Source of the DNA: Candidatus Thorarchaeota archaeon
GTDB lineage: Archaea; Asgardarchaeota; Thorarchaeia; Thorarchaeales; Thorarchaeaceae
NCBI GenBank assembly: GCA_046482545.1
Contig: JAWOEX010000022.1
Location: forward strand, 53,817 to 117,816
Length of the DNA: 64,000 nt
Direction: 5' to 3'
Shown here: in pieces, positions 28,024-37,775 of the stretch
How positions within the stretch are numbered: position 1 is the first letter of the stretch
Layout of the letters: every line of letters begins with the position of its first letter
The notes under the pieces: generated by a model
The model's input: the letters and a program-made list of their open reading frames with translations, nothing else
What the model was told of the DNA's origin: nothing
Databases searched by the model: none
Position numbers and translations under genes: made by a program

Positions 28024-29759
28024 AATGGCTGGAGCGTGTTTTCATCATTGATGGTTATGTCGATGAGCCAACGTGCTTGGGTGTTCCACCCTATCTGGCT
28101 ACGTATCCACGATATGTAGCAGGATCAATCTGGACTCGATTACCTCATGCTGAAATTATCTATCAAACAATTGACGCCGTACGGAAGAACCCTGCAGCGT
28201 CTATTGAGGCTTGGACGTCAGCTGACCTTCTTGTTCTCATCGCTGGGATGATAGTTCCAGGCAAGTATCTTGGAGGGAATCCAATCTCGGTACGAGAAGC
28301 TCAAGAAATCTTCTCTGCAGGACTTATATCGAACATAGCGAAGATATTAGTTGGTCCTTGGGCTAGATTTGGATGTGGCCTAGAAGGTGGAAAGCAGGCC
28401 CTCCACCCTGATGTTCTTTCTCCACCATTTGATTCTATTGTTGATGGTGATGCTGGAGCAGTCTTGGATGAGTATCTAACGGAGAATACTCATCCAAAAG
28501 AGCTAGACCCCACTCGAAAGAGAGAGGACTATGAAAAATTTGAAGAATCCGTAATAAGGGGCACACACATCGTAACTCAACATCCCGGTTATCCGCAGAA
28601 ACACCTCATATGTGAAATTGAAACATATTCTGGTTGCCCTCGATACCTAAGTGGTGGCTGTTCCTTTTGCGTTGAACCATTGCAAGGATCTCCCAAGCAA
28701 CGGTCAGTAGATGCAATACTGCAAGAAATCGAGTCTCTATATCAGCAAGGTATTCGGGCTTTTCGTATAGGCAATCAACCAGACCTCTTCACATACGGAT
28801 CACAGGAAATGTCAGTGGAGGAATTTCCAAAACCTTCCCCAGATACGATTGAACGTCTATTTTCTGGAATCCGTTCAGTAGCACCAACTTTGGAGGTACT
28901 TCATGTGGACAATATCAACCCCGGAACTATAGCTCATCATCCTGAAGAGAGTAGAAGTATCGCAAAGACAATAGTGAAGCATCATACACCAGGGGATGTA
29001 GCTGCTTTTGGAGTAGAATCATTTGATCCACGGGTGGTCAAGGAAAACAATCTCAAAGCTTCAGGCGATGAGATTATCGAAGCTGTCCGGATACTCAATG
29101 AAGTTGGTGCTAAGCGAATGGGCCGTGGTTTGCCCCATCTTTTGCCCGGAATCAACCTTCTGTATGGACTTCCTGGTGAGAGAACCCAAACAATCGAGTA
29201 CAATATGGACTATCTGCTTAGAATCTTACAGGAAGGGCTAGTGCTCCGAAGAATCAATATTCGTCAAGTCATTCAGATTCCTGGCACTCGGGCATCTGGT
29301 ATGGATAAAAGCAAACTTGATCAACACGAATTCTACCGTCACAAAAGAAAGGTTCGCGAAAATATTGACCTTCCTATGATAAAGCGTGTTGCTCCACAAG
29401 GTACAGTTATCCATTCTGCGTTTGTGGAGACTCAACGGGGGAAAAATGTACTATTAAGAACTCTTGGAACTTACCCCTTGTTATGTCATATGCCAAATGG
29501 AAGACATCATGATACTCGAATGGACCTCGTAGTCGTCGACCATGGTCCGAGAAGCCTAACTGTTCTTCCATACCCTATCAGGCCCGAAAAGATGAGCCTA
29601 CGCCAGTGGAGCGCTATTCCCGGCATCGGTACAAAGAGAGCTGCTCGACTCAAGATTGCATCTGGGTCTAAGAACCATTGGGCAATCAGAGAATCTGTAG
29701 ATATGGAGATGCCTGTATGGTTGATTGACTCACTCTCAACTGATGCTTGCGAATCTTAA
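28020..29759 (+). CDS. Radical-SAM domain protein with an N-terminal B12-binding-like domain
   Basis: Cys cluster CPRYLSGGCSFC (C-x7-C-x2-C variant) inside an Elp3/MiaB-like radical SAM core. 579 aa. The start overlaps the previous stop. Confidence 0.6.
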   Translation: MKWLERVFIIDGYVDEPTCLGVPPYLATYPRYVAGSIWTRLPHAEIIYQTIDAVRKNPAASIEAWTSADLLVLIAGMIVPGKYLGGNPISVREAQEIFSAGLISNIAKILVGPWARFGCGLEGGKQALHPDVLSPPFDSIVDGDAGAVLDEYLTENTHPKELDPTRKREDYEKFEESVIRGTHIVTQHPGYPQKHLICEIETYSGCPRYLSGGCSFCVEPLQGSPKQRSVDAILQEIESLYQQGIRAFRIGNQPDLFTYGSQEMSVEEFPKPSPDTIERLFSGIRSVAPTLEVLHVDNINPGTIAHHPEESRSIAKTIVKHHTPGDVAAFGVESFDPRVVKENNLKASGDEIIEAVRILNEVGAKRMGRGLPHLLPGINLLYGLPGERTQTIEYNMDYLLRILQEGLVLRRINIRQVIQIPGTRASGMDKSKLDQHEFYRHKRKVRENIDLPMIKRVAPQGTVIHSAFVETQRGKNVLLRTLGTYPLLCHMPNGRHHDTRMDLVVVDHGPRSLTVLPYPIRPEKMSLRQWSAIPGIGTKRAARLKIASGSKNHWAIRESVDMEMPVWLIDSLSTDACES

Positions 29760-29808
29760 AGACGTATAGACTCGGCTACGAAGTAATCAAATCTCGTTAT
29801 GATAGAAG

Positions 29809-29911
29809 TGGCGGGCCGGGAGGGACTTGAACCCTCGAAGTCCAACTTTCTTCAAGCCAATGAGTTGGCGTCTAGAAGGCTGGTGCCCTATCCGGGCTAG
29901 GCAACCGGCCC
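29809..29911 (-). tRNA. tRNA-Arg (anticodon TCT) with a canonical 25-nt intron at 37/38
   Basis: Exon 1 GGGCCGGTTGCCTAGCCCGGATAGGGCACCAGCCTTCTA (29873-29911), intron 29848-29872, exon 2 AGTTGGACTTCGAGGGTTCAAGTCCCTCCCGGCCCGCCA. The bulge-helix-bulge motif has central helix CTTC/GAAG, bulges TA^G and AA^A, and an anticodon stem CCAGC/GTTGG. Confidence 0.7.
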
Positions 29912-30063
29912 ATACACTTCCTGCCTGAACTCCATATCGTCATAAAGCTTTCCGCTTAGTCATTGGACTGTCCAACACTGTTCCACGGCAGGATTGTCTT
30001 CACTCATTCTGTGCTTTAGGAAGCACACGCCTGTGACATTTGAAGGATGGGAATTCAGCGAAT

Positions 30064-30312
30064 TCATTGTACAATGAACGACGGTGGATAGGTAACAAAG
30101 TATTGAACAACAATGGCTAGCACAACCCCTCCAAAGACGAGGCCCTTTCCACGTTTCTGGTTCACCTCTGTAAACCATAATATGGCTCCTGTAAGAACAA
30201 CTATGACCGCCGATGAGTACCCGATAAGAATCAGAAAATCCCATATTTCAGCAAAATACGTCATAATCATCTTGGCGAAATTTGTAAGCGGGCTTAACAT
30301 TGGGAAATGCAT
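30064..30312 (-). CDS. Hypothetical small membrane protein (2 TM)
   Basis: An 82-aa ORF with two hydrophobic helices. It has no homolog-level evidence and is possibly spurious. Confidence 0.25.
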   Translation of the reverse strand: MHFPMLSPLTNFAKMIMTYFAEIWDFLILIGYSSAVIVVLTGAILWFTEVNQKRGKGLVFGGVVLAIVVQYFVTYPPSFIVQ

Positions 30313-30408
30313 CGTATCTCACAGATTTAGATATGTTGATACCAAATTTAAGGTCGTGAAATCGGTTCTTACAGTCAACTAGGTTAGTAGATACAACCTG
30401 AAATGATT

Positions 30409-31215
30409 CTAGTTTCTCATCAATCCTCTGCAGAACGCGTCAATGTTGAGTCCAAGGTCCGCATGGTTGTACCCCCCTTCGAGAACTCCGTATCTCCGTC
30501 CATCACATCTTTTCTTGGCATAAGTACTAATGATTCTCCCGATTTCACGAAACGCTTCGGTTGAGAGATTCCCACCCCACCCCTCTTTGTACTGATCGAA
30601 ACCAGCTGACGCAACGATAACATCTACTGGTGGACTGTTGGCAAGCATATCTTCGATCTCGGATAGATACGCTTCGTCTCCTTTGCTGCTGGGATTGTGG
30701 ATTACAAAGTTGTCATCAGCACCTAAAATATTGATAGTGCCGTCGCCAGTGTGCAAATCGAAGTCGAGAATAAATGCTGATTCTATGATTTTCTCCGCTC
30801 GCAAATCTAGCAGCGAAATTGCTACATTGTTGAAATAACAGAAACCCCAATACCCCCGTCTTGAAGCATGATGTCCAGGCGGCCTAACAAGAGCGAATGA
30901 AGGGATTCCTTCAGCGGCAATATGTGCAGCTCTTATTGCTCCTCCAGCAGCTAAAGTCGCTAATCGATAAACTTCCGCAATAGAGGAACCATAATCCTCT
31001 TCTGAGACACTATTAACATGAGATTTAGCGTGTGCGCGTAAAATTTGCTCCTTCGTTGCAGGCTCAGGTTCTACAAATTCATATTCAGTGCTGCTCTTGA
31101 GAATTTCTATTGTTGTGTCTAGTCTTCCAGGTGCACCTGCTGGTGTCCTGTCATAAGATTTCTGCATGTCTGGGTGGTATACAATCTGCAATTCTTGTCT
31201 CATCCAATGGTGCAT
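30409..31215 (-). CDS. Histone deacetylase-family protein (acetoin utilization/acetylpolyamine amidohydrolase-like)
   Basis: Arginase/deacetylase fold motifs RPPGHHA, GFCYFNN and DFDLHTGDG. Confidence 0.75.
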   Translation of the reverse strand: MHHWMRQELQIVYHPDMQKSYDRTPAGAPGRLDTTIEILKSSTEYEFVEPEPATKEQILRAHAKSHVNSVSEEDYGSSIAEVYRLATLAAGGAIRAAHIAAEGIPSFALVRPPGHHASRRGYWGFCYFNNVAISLLDLRAEKIIESAFILDFDLHTGDGTINILGADDNFVIHNPSSKGDEAYLSEIEDMLANSPPVDVIVASAGFDQYKEGWGGNLSTEAFREIGRIISTYAKKRCDGRRYGVLEGGYNHADLGLNIDAFCRGLMRN

Positions 31216-31363
31216 CTAAACGACTTGCTCAGAAGTATTCAGTATTCCATTCATCTACTTTGCCTTGTTTAAGAATTGCTTAGGAAAAACTTAGAGTGCG
31301 GGGCAGAAATCTTGCGGTTTCTGCCCTTTGAAATCATGAAGGAGACGAACTGCCGGGGCTTTT

Positions 31364-31663
31364 CTATCCAAATAGGCTGCCCAATCCCTCGGTAGCTTCA
31401 TCTTCCTCTTCTTCTTCCTCTTCTTCCTCTTCCTCAGCAGGCTCTTCAGCAGGTCCTTCTCCTGCGGTAGCTGCGGGTGCAGCTGGCATTGCTGCACTCT
31501 TCAGGGCATCGTCAATATCGACACCATCGAGAGCGGCAATCAGGGCCTTAATCCTGCCCGGTTCAGCCTCTATATCAGCCGCCTTAAGGACAGCCTCCAT
31601 ATTATCTGATTCAATCTCTTTGCCTGCTTTATGAAGCAGTAGTGCTGCGTATACATATTCCAT
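31364..31663 (-). CDS. rpl12: Ribosomal stalk protein P1 (L12e family)
   Basis: [14 protein letters not shown]…, an E-rich linker and the conserved C-terminal GLGSLFG. Confidence 0.9.
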   Translation of the reverse strand: MEYVYAALLLHKAGKEIESDNMEAVLKAADIEAEPGRIKALIAALDGVDIDDALKSAAMPAAPAATAGEGPAEEPAEEEEEEEEEEEDEATEGLGSLFG

Positions 31664-31690
31664 CTCTTGATACCTCTCTAAATTATTCTC

Positions 31691-32722
31691 TTATCCGAAC
31701 ATTGTTCCTAGGCCTTCGGTTGCCTCTACTTCATCATCCTCATCCTCTTCGTCATCGCTCCCATCAACCTCTGGTTTTGCCTGAGCTTGCTGTGCCGGAG
31801 ATGCAGTTGGAACAGAACTGATCTCATCAATGAGTTCTGAGGGTATTGCGTCAGGATTCTCATCAGCAATCTGCTTTGCTAATGCTAGTGATTCTGCGTT
31901 GGCCTTTGCAAGAAAGTCACCCATCATGTCTGGCACCACAAAACCGGTGCTTAGAGCTAGGCTCTTGGCCTCTCTATCAGCCTTAGCTATGACCATCGGA
32001 ATAGTGTCAGCTGTGGGATAGCCTGCATTGATTGACAGATTGACTGCGTACTGGTGACCAATGATGACTTCCTTGAATAGGTCTTGAAGGTCAGTTTCAA
32101 GGTCGTTCTCGATCAGAAGTGCGCCATCGGCATACGCTGCAATAAGTTTCAACTGCAATTCCATAGGTTCTATGCCCAGTCTTCCGAGCATCTGTGCCAT
32201 GGCATTGGATACGATTTTCCCTGCTTCAACCGCAACGGTTTCTTCGGTGATATGAATAACGCCACCTTTTACACGCGAGGGGATGTCGAGGGCTGCTAGC
32301 TCACTGATAAAGGGACCGGGTGCAACTCCAGTATTCATTGATGGGACAATGATGTCTTTTGGTGTAACCTGACCACCCTTTGCTGGTGCTGCAGCTTTAT
32401 TTTCTCTCAAGAATTGACTGAGCTTAAAGGGATTCTGATCGCTAAAGACAAAAGCAACTGGTCCTTTTACATGATTCTCAAGTTTCTGAATACCCTCCTT
32501 GTCCACCTTTTCGATGGCCCTTTTCATAAGGGTATTTCGTGCCATTTTGATAACGGCTGAGCCTCTAAGGCTTTCTCGGATACCATGCATTTGCTTGGCA
32601 CCAACGCCTTCAACATTGACAAGACCAACCATCTCGCTATCTTCAATCATGTCACTGAGTTTCTTTACCATGTCCTTCTTCCATTGTGGAACCTTGTGTT
32701 CATATACTGTCATGCATCTCAC
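31691..32722 (-). CDS. rpl10: Ribosomal protein P0 (L10)
   Basis: L10/P0 core with an acidic tail ending …EATEGLGTMFG. Confidence 0.9.
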   Translation of the reverse strand: MRCMTVYEHKVPQWKKDMVKKLSDMIEDSEMVGLVNVEGVGAKQMHGIRESLRGSAVIKMARNTLMKRAIEKVDKEGIQKLENHVKGPVAFVFSDQNPFKLSQFLRENKAAAPAKGGQVTPKDIIVPSMNTGVAPGPFISELAALDIPSRVKGGVIHITEETVAVEAGKIVSNAMAQMLGRLGIEPMELQLKLIAAYADGALLIENDLETDLQDLFKEVIIGHQYAVNLSINAGYPTADTIPMVIAKADREAKSLALSTGFVVPDMMGDFLAKANAESLALAKQIADENPDAIPSELIDEISSVPTASPAQQAQAKPEVDGSDDEEDEDDEVEATEGLGTMFG

Positions 32723-32725
32723 CCC

Positions 32726-33385
32726 TTATCGTGGTACTTCGATTGCTGGGCCCATGGTTGTCTTCACATAGACGCTTTCAACTCTCCGAGATAGCCCCTT
32801 ATCCCGTACAAAGTCGATTACTGCATCAGTGTTTTCAGCTATCTGCTCGTCACTCATCCGTTCGTGACCGACTTTAACATGAAATGTTGGTGTGTTTCTC
32901 ATTCTAATTCTGACAGTTCTTTGATACTGCTCAACTACACCACCAAGATTAGCTTCCGGTGGATAGGGTTTGGGCATTTTGCCTCTAGGACCTAGTAATT
33001 GTCCCAAATATCTACCAACAAGCGGCATCGCCTCGCGTGCAGCAATGAAGAAATCATATTCCTTCACTACTGATTTCTGCCTGCTCTTGTCTTCCCCTAT
33101 TTCTGCTATTTCTTCTTTGGAAATGACTTTGGATACACCTGCCGCTTTTGCGTTTTCAGCAAATTCTCCGTCACCAAAGGCACATACCTTTGACGGGGGA
33201 TACAATTCATTCGGAAGAATCAATTCTTCGTTAAAGCGGTTTTCCGGGTCAGACATATCAATTTCTTTTGTCCGGAAGTTAACAGCAGTATCAAAACTCT
33301 GTTCGAAGTTTATTCCTCGTGCTATTCCTTTCTCTCTGGCCTCAGATACAGCTTCTTGTATATCATTAAATTCGTATGCCACCAT
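32726..33385 (-). CDS. rpl1: Ribosomal protein L1
   Basis: L1 family pattern. It follows rpl11 in the conserved cluster. Confidence 0.9.
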   Translation of the reverse strand: MVAYEFNDIQEAVSEAREKGIARGINFEQSFDTAVNFRTKEIDMSDPENRFNEELILPNELYPPSKVCAFGDGEFAENAKAAGVSKVISKEEIAEIGEDKSRQKSVVKEYDFFIAAREAMPLVGRYLGQLLGPRGKMPKPYPPEANLGGVVEQYQRTVRIRMRNTPTFHVKVGHERMSDEQIAENTDAVIDFVRDKGLSRRVESVYVKTTMGPAIEVPR

Positions 33386-33892
33386 CTACTCCTCCCTAAA
33401 TGGCTCATCAAGCTGCTCATCCCACTCACCACTGGCCACTTCTTCTTGGAAGACTTTGGGATCCTTCCCTTCAATTGTGACTCCCATTGACACACAGGTG
33501 CCCGCTACAGTTAGAACAGCAGATTTCATATCTAGTGCAGTCAAATCTTTGGCCTTACCCTTTGCAACTTCCTTCAGCTGCTCAAGGCTTATGTCTCCAA
33601 CTTTTGTGAGGTTCGGTTCGCCAGAACCTTGTGGTGCACCTACTTGCTTGAGTATGAGTGCACTTGTTGGAGGTGTACCCACCTCGACTTCGAATTCCTT
33701 GGAAGATGGATCAACGATAATGGTGACAGGTACCTTTAGGCCTTTGTATGGTTCAGTAACCTCATTGATTTCTTGCACTACTTGGTATATATTAACACCA
33801 GTTGGACCTAAAGCGGGACCTATTGGAGGCCCACCAGACGCCTTACCGCCTTCCACCATGGCATCCACAGTTATCTTGTTCGCTTCACTCAT
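33386..33892 (-). CDS. rpl11: Ribosomal protein L11
   Basis: …VEGGKASGGPPIGPALGPTGVNI… The likely start is at the internal Met (33892). The ORF extension to 33961 has no L11 counterpart. Confidence 0.9.
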   Translation of the reverse strand: MSEANKITVDAMVEGGKASGGPPIGPALGPTGVNIYQVVQEINEVTEPYKGLKVPVTIIVDPSSKEFEVEVGTPPTSALILKQVGAPQGSGEPNLTKVGDISLEQLKEVAKGKAKDLTALDMKSAVLTVAGTCVSMGVTIEGKDPKVFQEEVASGEWDEQLDEPFREE

Positions 33893-34106
33893 TTCAAACA
33901 CAACTCCATATGCAGTTGTAGGTTCAGACAAATTTGTCTGAGAAATTGTTCGACCTGCCAATGAAAATCAGATTCACACTTGACAAGGTCTACTGCATCA
34001 GTTGTCACTTTTCATCACCCCAGACATGACGTCAAAGCGTTCATGTCCGATTAAGGAGCTACAATGTGGTTGACTCGTAGTCAGGTTTTAAGCATTGTGG
34101 ACTAGT

Positions 34107-34430
34107 ATAACCCGCTTCTTACAGTTCAGCAAACTCAACCTGTTTGAATCTTCTATGTTCCACCCTGCCCCTGCCAGCCTCACCGCCCCTTTCGGCCCTT
34201 CAGTTGGCAGAGGTTTTGTCCATGTTTATCCCAATGGGTTCTTCGCACGGTCTAGGCTTTGTCTGCTTATCATCATCCCGGGTCAACACTCCCGGTGAGA
34301 GGAAATCCTTCCACAGTTCTTACCCCTGCGGGGTCATAATCATCTGACCCAGCTTTGTCACCGCCGCCGAGAAGGTTCATTTGGACATGGAGCTTCGCCG
34401 CACCAGTCCGGAATCAATGACTTAGGATGA
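34107..34430 (+). repeat. GC-rich non-coding repeat element, copy B
   Basis: Head module TATAACCCGCTTCTTACAGTTCAGCAAACTCAACCTGTTTGAATCTTCTATGTTCCACCCTGCCCCTGCCAG, then the hairpin CATCCCGGGTCAACACTCCCGG. It is inserted into the normally tight spt5-rpl11 spacer, which is 677 bp here. Confidence 0.5.
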
Positions 34431-34638
34431 CTTCTCCAATAGATGAAGAAAATATCATTTTGCTATGATGATTTCTTATTTGAGAAGATAGATGACACCA
34501 ATCTTTCCCAGAATGAATTCAAATACTCAATCTTGATTATTCAAGGCTTTTCTTGGTTCAGAAAAATTGTAGGGCTTCAGGGAGATTTCACAAAGGTTTT
34601 ACATCTTGACATGCTGATTTTTTAGGATTTTGTAAGAT

Positions 34639-35271
34639 TCAGCGCGCCCAGAATCCACCCTCTTCTTCCTCTTCCTCGGTTTCTTCTGGTTCTGCTTTTT
34701 CAACAAGCTTGGCGAAGTCTGCATGAACTCTTATCGGGATTGTATGTGGGCTATCAAGCAATTCTAGAATAAGTTCTCCTTTTGCTGATTCTACTCTCAC
34801 TACCTTAGCCCGTTCCCCCTTGAACGCTCCAGAAATAATCTCAACAAGGTCCCCTACTGAAATTCCTTCTGCAGCAGGTGGGGGTACAAGGAACTTGTCA
34901 ATTTCTTCCAATGTTACCTTTCCACCGACACGCCCTCGTACGTGGGGAATCCCCTGAATTGCCAATTCTACATCTCTGAACTCCATTGTTTCAAGGAAAA
35001 TATAACCCCTCAGAGTGCCCGGAACTAGAACCGCTTTAACCCGTCCTTGTAGTTTATTCTCTGACACCAGCTTAGGAGTGCTTTCTCCTTCCGCCTGGTC
35101 GCATTCCTGTATATGCTCTCCTGCCTCTTTCTTTGAATCAAATTCCCTTTTGCAGAATGGGCATACCCAGATATCCTTTGCACTGGTTACGGCAGTAGTG
35201 ATTAGATCCGCAACACTCTTCTCCTGCCCAATTGTAGTTCGTACTGCGTAGATATTGCCAGTGGACTGCAT
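34639..35271 (-). CDS. spt5: Transcription elongation factor Spt5 (NusG homolog) with a zinc-finger insertion in the NGN domain
   Basis: NGN (IYAVRTTIGQEKSVADLI…) and KOW (GDLVEIISGAFKGERAKVVRV) domains. An inserted CPFC…H…C segment is present. Start is placed at Met 35271 (RBS GGAGGT) because the longer ORF overlaps secE. Confidence 0.8.
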   Translation of the reverse strand: MQSTGNIYAVRTTIGQEKSVADLITTAVTSAKDIWVCPFCKREFDSKKEAGEHIQECDQAEGESTPKLVSENKLQGRVKAVLVPGTLRGYIFLETMEFRDVELAIQGIPHVRGRVGGKVTLEEIDKFLVPPPAAEGISVGDLVEIISGAFKGERAKVVRVESAKGELILELLDSPHTIPIRVHADFAKLVEKAEPEETEEEEEEGGFWAR

Positions 35272-35315
35272 ATACAAAACCTCCAAGGTTGGTGGATTAA
35301 TACCTCTTAGTCGGA

Positions 35316-35492
35316 TTATTGCCAGTTTTGAGTTACGATTGCCATCAAGGTTTGGATTATGAAGGCTAAGAAACCTACGAGAACCATGGCTAGCAGACTG
35401 ATTCTCGCACTCAACCACATTTCGTCCTTAGATGGCTTCGTAGATAGCTTCAAGATTCGTCGCGCTTCACGAATGAAATCTGCTATACCCAT
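35316..35492 (-). CDS. secE: Preprotein translocase subunit SecE (Sec61 gamma)
   Basis: 58-aa ORF MGIADFIREARRILKLSTKPSKDEMWLSARISLLAMVLVGFLAFIIQTLMAIVTQNWQ with a single TM helix. It sits in the canonical position upstream of spt5 and was absent from the >=60-aa ORF track. Confidence 0.7.
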   Translation of the reverse strand: MGIADFIREARRILKLSTKPSKDEMWLSARISLLAMVLVGFLAFIIQTLMAIVTQNWQ

Positions 35493-35592
35493 CTTTATTC
35501 ACGTCGCTGTTAGCAATTACCTCTCGGTCGGTGACCTTCATCGTTGCCAATCAAGATTCTCTTTTAATGCTTTCTGAGTATACAGTACGAGG

Positions 35593-36735
35593 TTACTCTA
35601 TTCTTGGAAGGTCTAAGTCACCTTTCAGGTCTTCAGCTAGCGGCGTTACTGGTTCAGAACGTGAATTAATAATCCATGGAGATTTGACGCCAGAGGCGAT
35701 TACGGTGACTCGCAGCTTATTCTCCATTTCAGGCTGGATAAGCGCACCATAGATAACTTCAGCATTTGGATTAACCTGCTCAGTTATCAGTTCCACAACA
35801 TGTTTTGCTTCCTGTAGCTGGAGATCGGTACTTCCACTCACATTGATCAGTATATTTCTTGCATTCTCTATTGACACATCTATCAATGGATTGCGCAATG
35901 CATTGAAGACGGCTTCGTCTGCTCTATCTTCTCCTTCGCCTTCACCTAAAGCGATTATCGAGACTCCTCCATTCTTCATGGTTGTGCGAACATCAGCGAA
36001 ATCGAGGTTGACAAGCCCGGGCCTAGATATGAGCTCAGCTATCCCTTTCACCGCCCTAACAAGAATCTCATCAGCAACCATGAACGCCTCAGGTAATGAC
36101 AAATCAGGTGCAATCTCCAAAAGCTTCTCGTTTGGTATTGCTATCAGGGTGTCTACATGTTCCATTAGATCATTGAGTCCGCGTTGGGCATTCTTCTTTC
36201 GTGTTCTTCCTTCTACTTCAAAGGGCAAACATACAATGGCGACAGTTAATGCTCCGTTTTCTTTCGCAGCTTTAGCAATATGAGGAGCTGCACCCGTTCC
36301 AGTCCCGCCACCCATGCCCGCAGTTATGAAAACTAAATCCCCGCCAATGACCTCCTGCATTACATCATATGTTTCAACAGCGGCTGCCTCACCTAGATCG
36401 GGATCATTTCCTGCACCCAACCCTCCGCAGGTTTCCTTTCCTAATAGTAGCTTGTGATGGGAATTTGAGAAGTAAAGGTCTTGGGCATCTGTGTTAACGG
36501 CCATAGTCTCAGCCCCTTCCACTCCTACTTCCATCAATCTAGTGACTGCATTGTTGCCTGCTCCACCAACACCAACTACGAGAATTCTTGCACTGGCTGT
36601 TTCGAGTAATTCTGCAAGCTCATCGTCACTGGTGGAAGATTGAACATGTGTTCTCTTGCCCCTCGTTCTTCTAGGGTCTTCGCTATTCGGCGATTCGTTT
36701 AAAACTCCTTCAACAAGCGGATGCATCAATGTCAC
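35593..36735 (-). CDS. ftsZ: Cell division GTPase FtsZ
   Basis: Tubulin/FtsZ signature GGGTGTG (…[15 protein letters not shown]…) and N-terminal [12 protein letters not shown]. Confidence 0.9.
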   Translation of the reverse strand: MTLMHPLVEGVLNESPNSEDPRRTRGKRTHVQSSTSDDELAELLETASARILVVGVGGAGNNAVTRLMEVGVEGAETMAVNTDAQDLYFSNSHHKLLLGKETCGGLGAGNDPDLGEAAAVETYDVMQEVIGGDLVFITAGMGGGTGTGAAPHIAKAAKENGALTVAIVCLPFEVEGRTRKKNAQRGLNDLMEHVDTLIAIPNEKLLEIAPDLSLPEAFMVADEILVRAVKGIAELISRPGLVNLDFADVRTTMKNGGVSIIALGEGEGEDRADEAVFNALRNPLIDVSIENARNILINVSGSTDLQLQEAKHVVELITEQVNPNAEVIYGALIQPEMENKLRVTVIASGVKSPWIINSRSEPVTPLAEDLKGDLDLPRIE

Positions 36736-36827
36736 CTATTTCGGACTGTTAATATCCAGATGTCATTGAAACAAAAACCAGAATATTCTCCGGGTATTAT
36801 ACCCATGTGACCAGTTCCATCTACAAA

Positions 36828-37763
36828 TTATCTGAAAGTTCGTAGAATTGAATCCATGTTGATTCCATACTGAGAAAGCAGTTCGTATGTCTGTTTCAGG
36901 GTTGGTCCATTCTGTGCACCAGGTTCCTTGATTGTCAATGCAGCTACTGCATTGCCCATGTGTAAAGCCAGTTCGATATCCTCAGATCTGGTCCAAGCCG
37001 TTATGAATCCCGCTGCAAACGAGTCTCCAGCACCGAGCGTATCTGTTACTGAGACTTCAAATGCTCTTGAGCTATAGATATCGAATCCGTCTGTCGCCAT
37101 TGTACCATCTTTCCCTCGTTTGAGTATGACTATACCCGGCAGCTCCTTGCCAAGCTTCTTGAGATTTGTTTCTGTGAGTTCCACATTGAAGTATCTACTG
37201 AGCTCCTCATCATTCAGAAAAAGAAGATCTACATACGGCAAGACAGTCGAGAAATCAATATTCCCGGCTTCACGTCCGGGGTCTAATGATAGCACAATTC
37301 CTTCTGAAGTCGCTATTCTGGCGGCCTCCGATATGATATTTGGAAAACCACCAGCAATGTGAATAGTCCTAGCAGTTGCAACCTTTTTCCTTTTTAGGGT
37401 GATTTCTTCGAGATGTTGGTTGGCCCCTGCTTCTGCAATTACAAAGCTTGCTTGTTTATCCTTTCTTACAAGAAAAAAGAGACCAGTGGATTGACCCGCA
37501 ATGGACTGAACCATGCTAGTGTCAACCCCGTTCTCAGAGATTGTCTTGACTGCATCTCGGCCGTAGAAATCATCTCCAACGCATGCAATTAGTTTGGTCT
37601 TCACTCCCAGACGAGCAGAGTGCACCGCGAAGTTCGCAGCTGACCCCCCAATAGATACACTGCTGGACTTCGCCATCGTATGCTGTGCATCTTTTGGGAG
37701 CTCGTCGATATCCATCATGAGGTCAATATTGACCCGGCCAATGGATACAGTCTCTACACCCAA
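36828..37763 (-). CDS. PfkB-family carbohydrate/nucleoside kinase
   Basis: Ribokinase-like fold with the C-terminal motif DTLGAGDSFAAGFI. Confidence 0.75.
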   Translation of the reverse strand: MGVETVSIGRVNIDLMMDIDELPKDAQHTMAKSSSVSIGGSAANFAVHSARLGVKTKLIACVGDDFYGRDAVKTISENGVDTSMVQSIAGQSTGLFFLVRKDKQASFVIAEAGANQHLEEITLKRKKVATARTIHIAGGFPNIISEAARIATSEGIVLSLDPGREAGNIDFSTVLPYVDLLFLNDEELSRYFNVELTETNLKKLGKELPGIVILKRGKDGTMATDGFDIYSSRAFEVSVTDTLGAGDSFAAGFITAWTRSEDIELALHMGNAVAALTIKEPGAQNGPTLKQTYELLSQYGINMDSILRTFR

Positions 37764-37775
37764 ATATCCCGCCTC

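Noticed and set aside
31364-31760. GAAGAAGAG-type tandem repeats considered as a CRISPR or other repeat array
   Set aside because: They are in-frame codon repeats encoding the poly-Glu acidic tails of P1 and P0. They are not spaced direct repeats with unique spacers.
33893-33961. N-terminal extension of the L11 ORF (MAGRTISQTNLSEPTTAYGVVFE)
   Set aside because: L11 proteins begin close to the …VEGGKA… motif. The extension probably reflects an open frame in the 5' UTR rather than coding sequence.
35272-35418. The 5' 147 nt of the long Spt5 ORF (MVECENQSASHG…)
   Set aside because: The extension overlaps the newly identified secE coding sequence in another frame. It has no Spt5 counterpart. 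Met 35271 has a good Shine-Dalgarno motif and gives a canonical NGN N-terminus.
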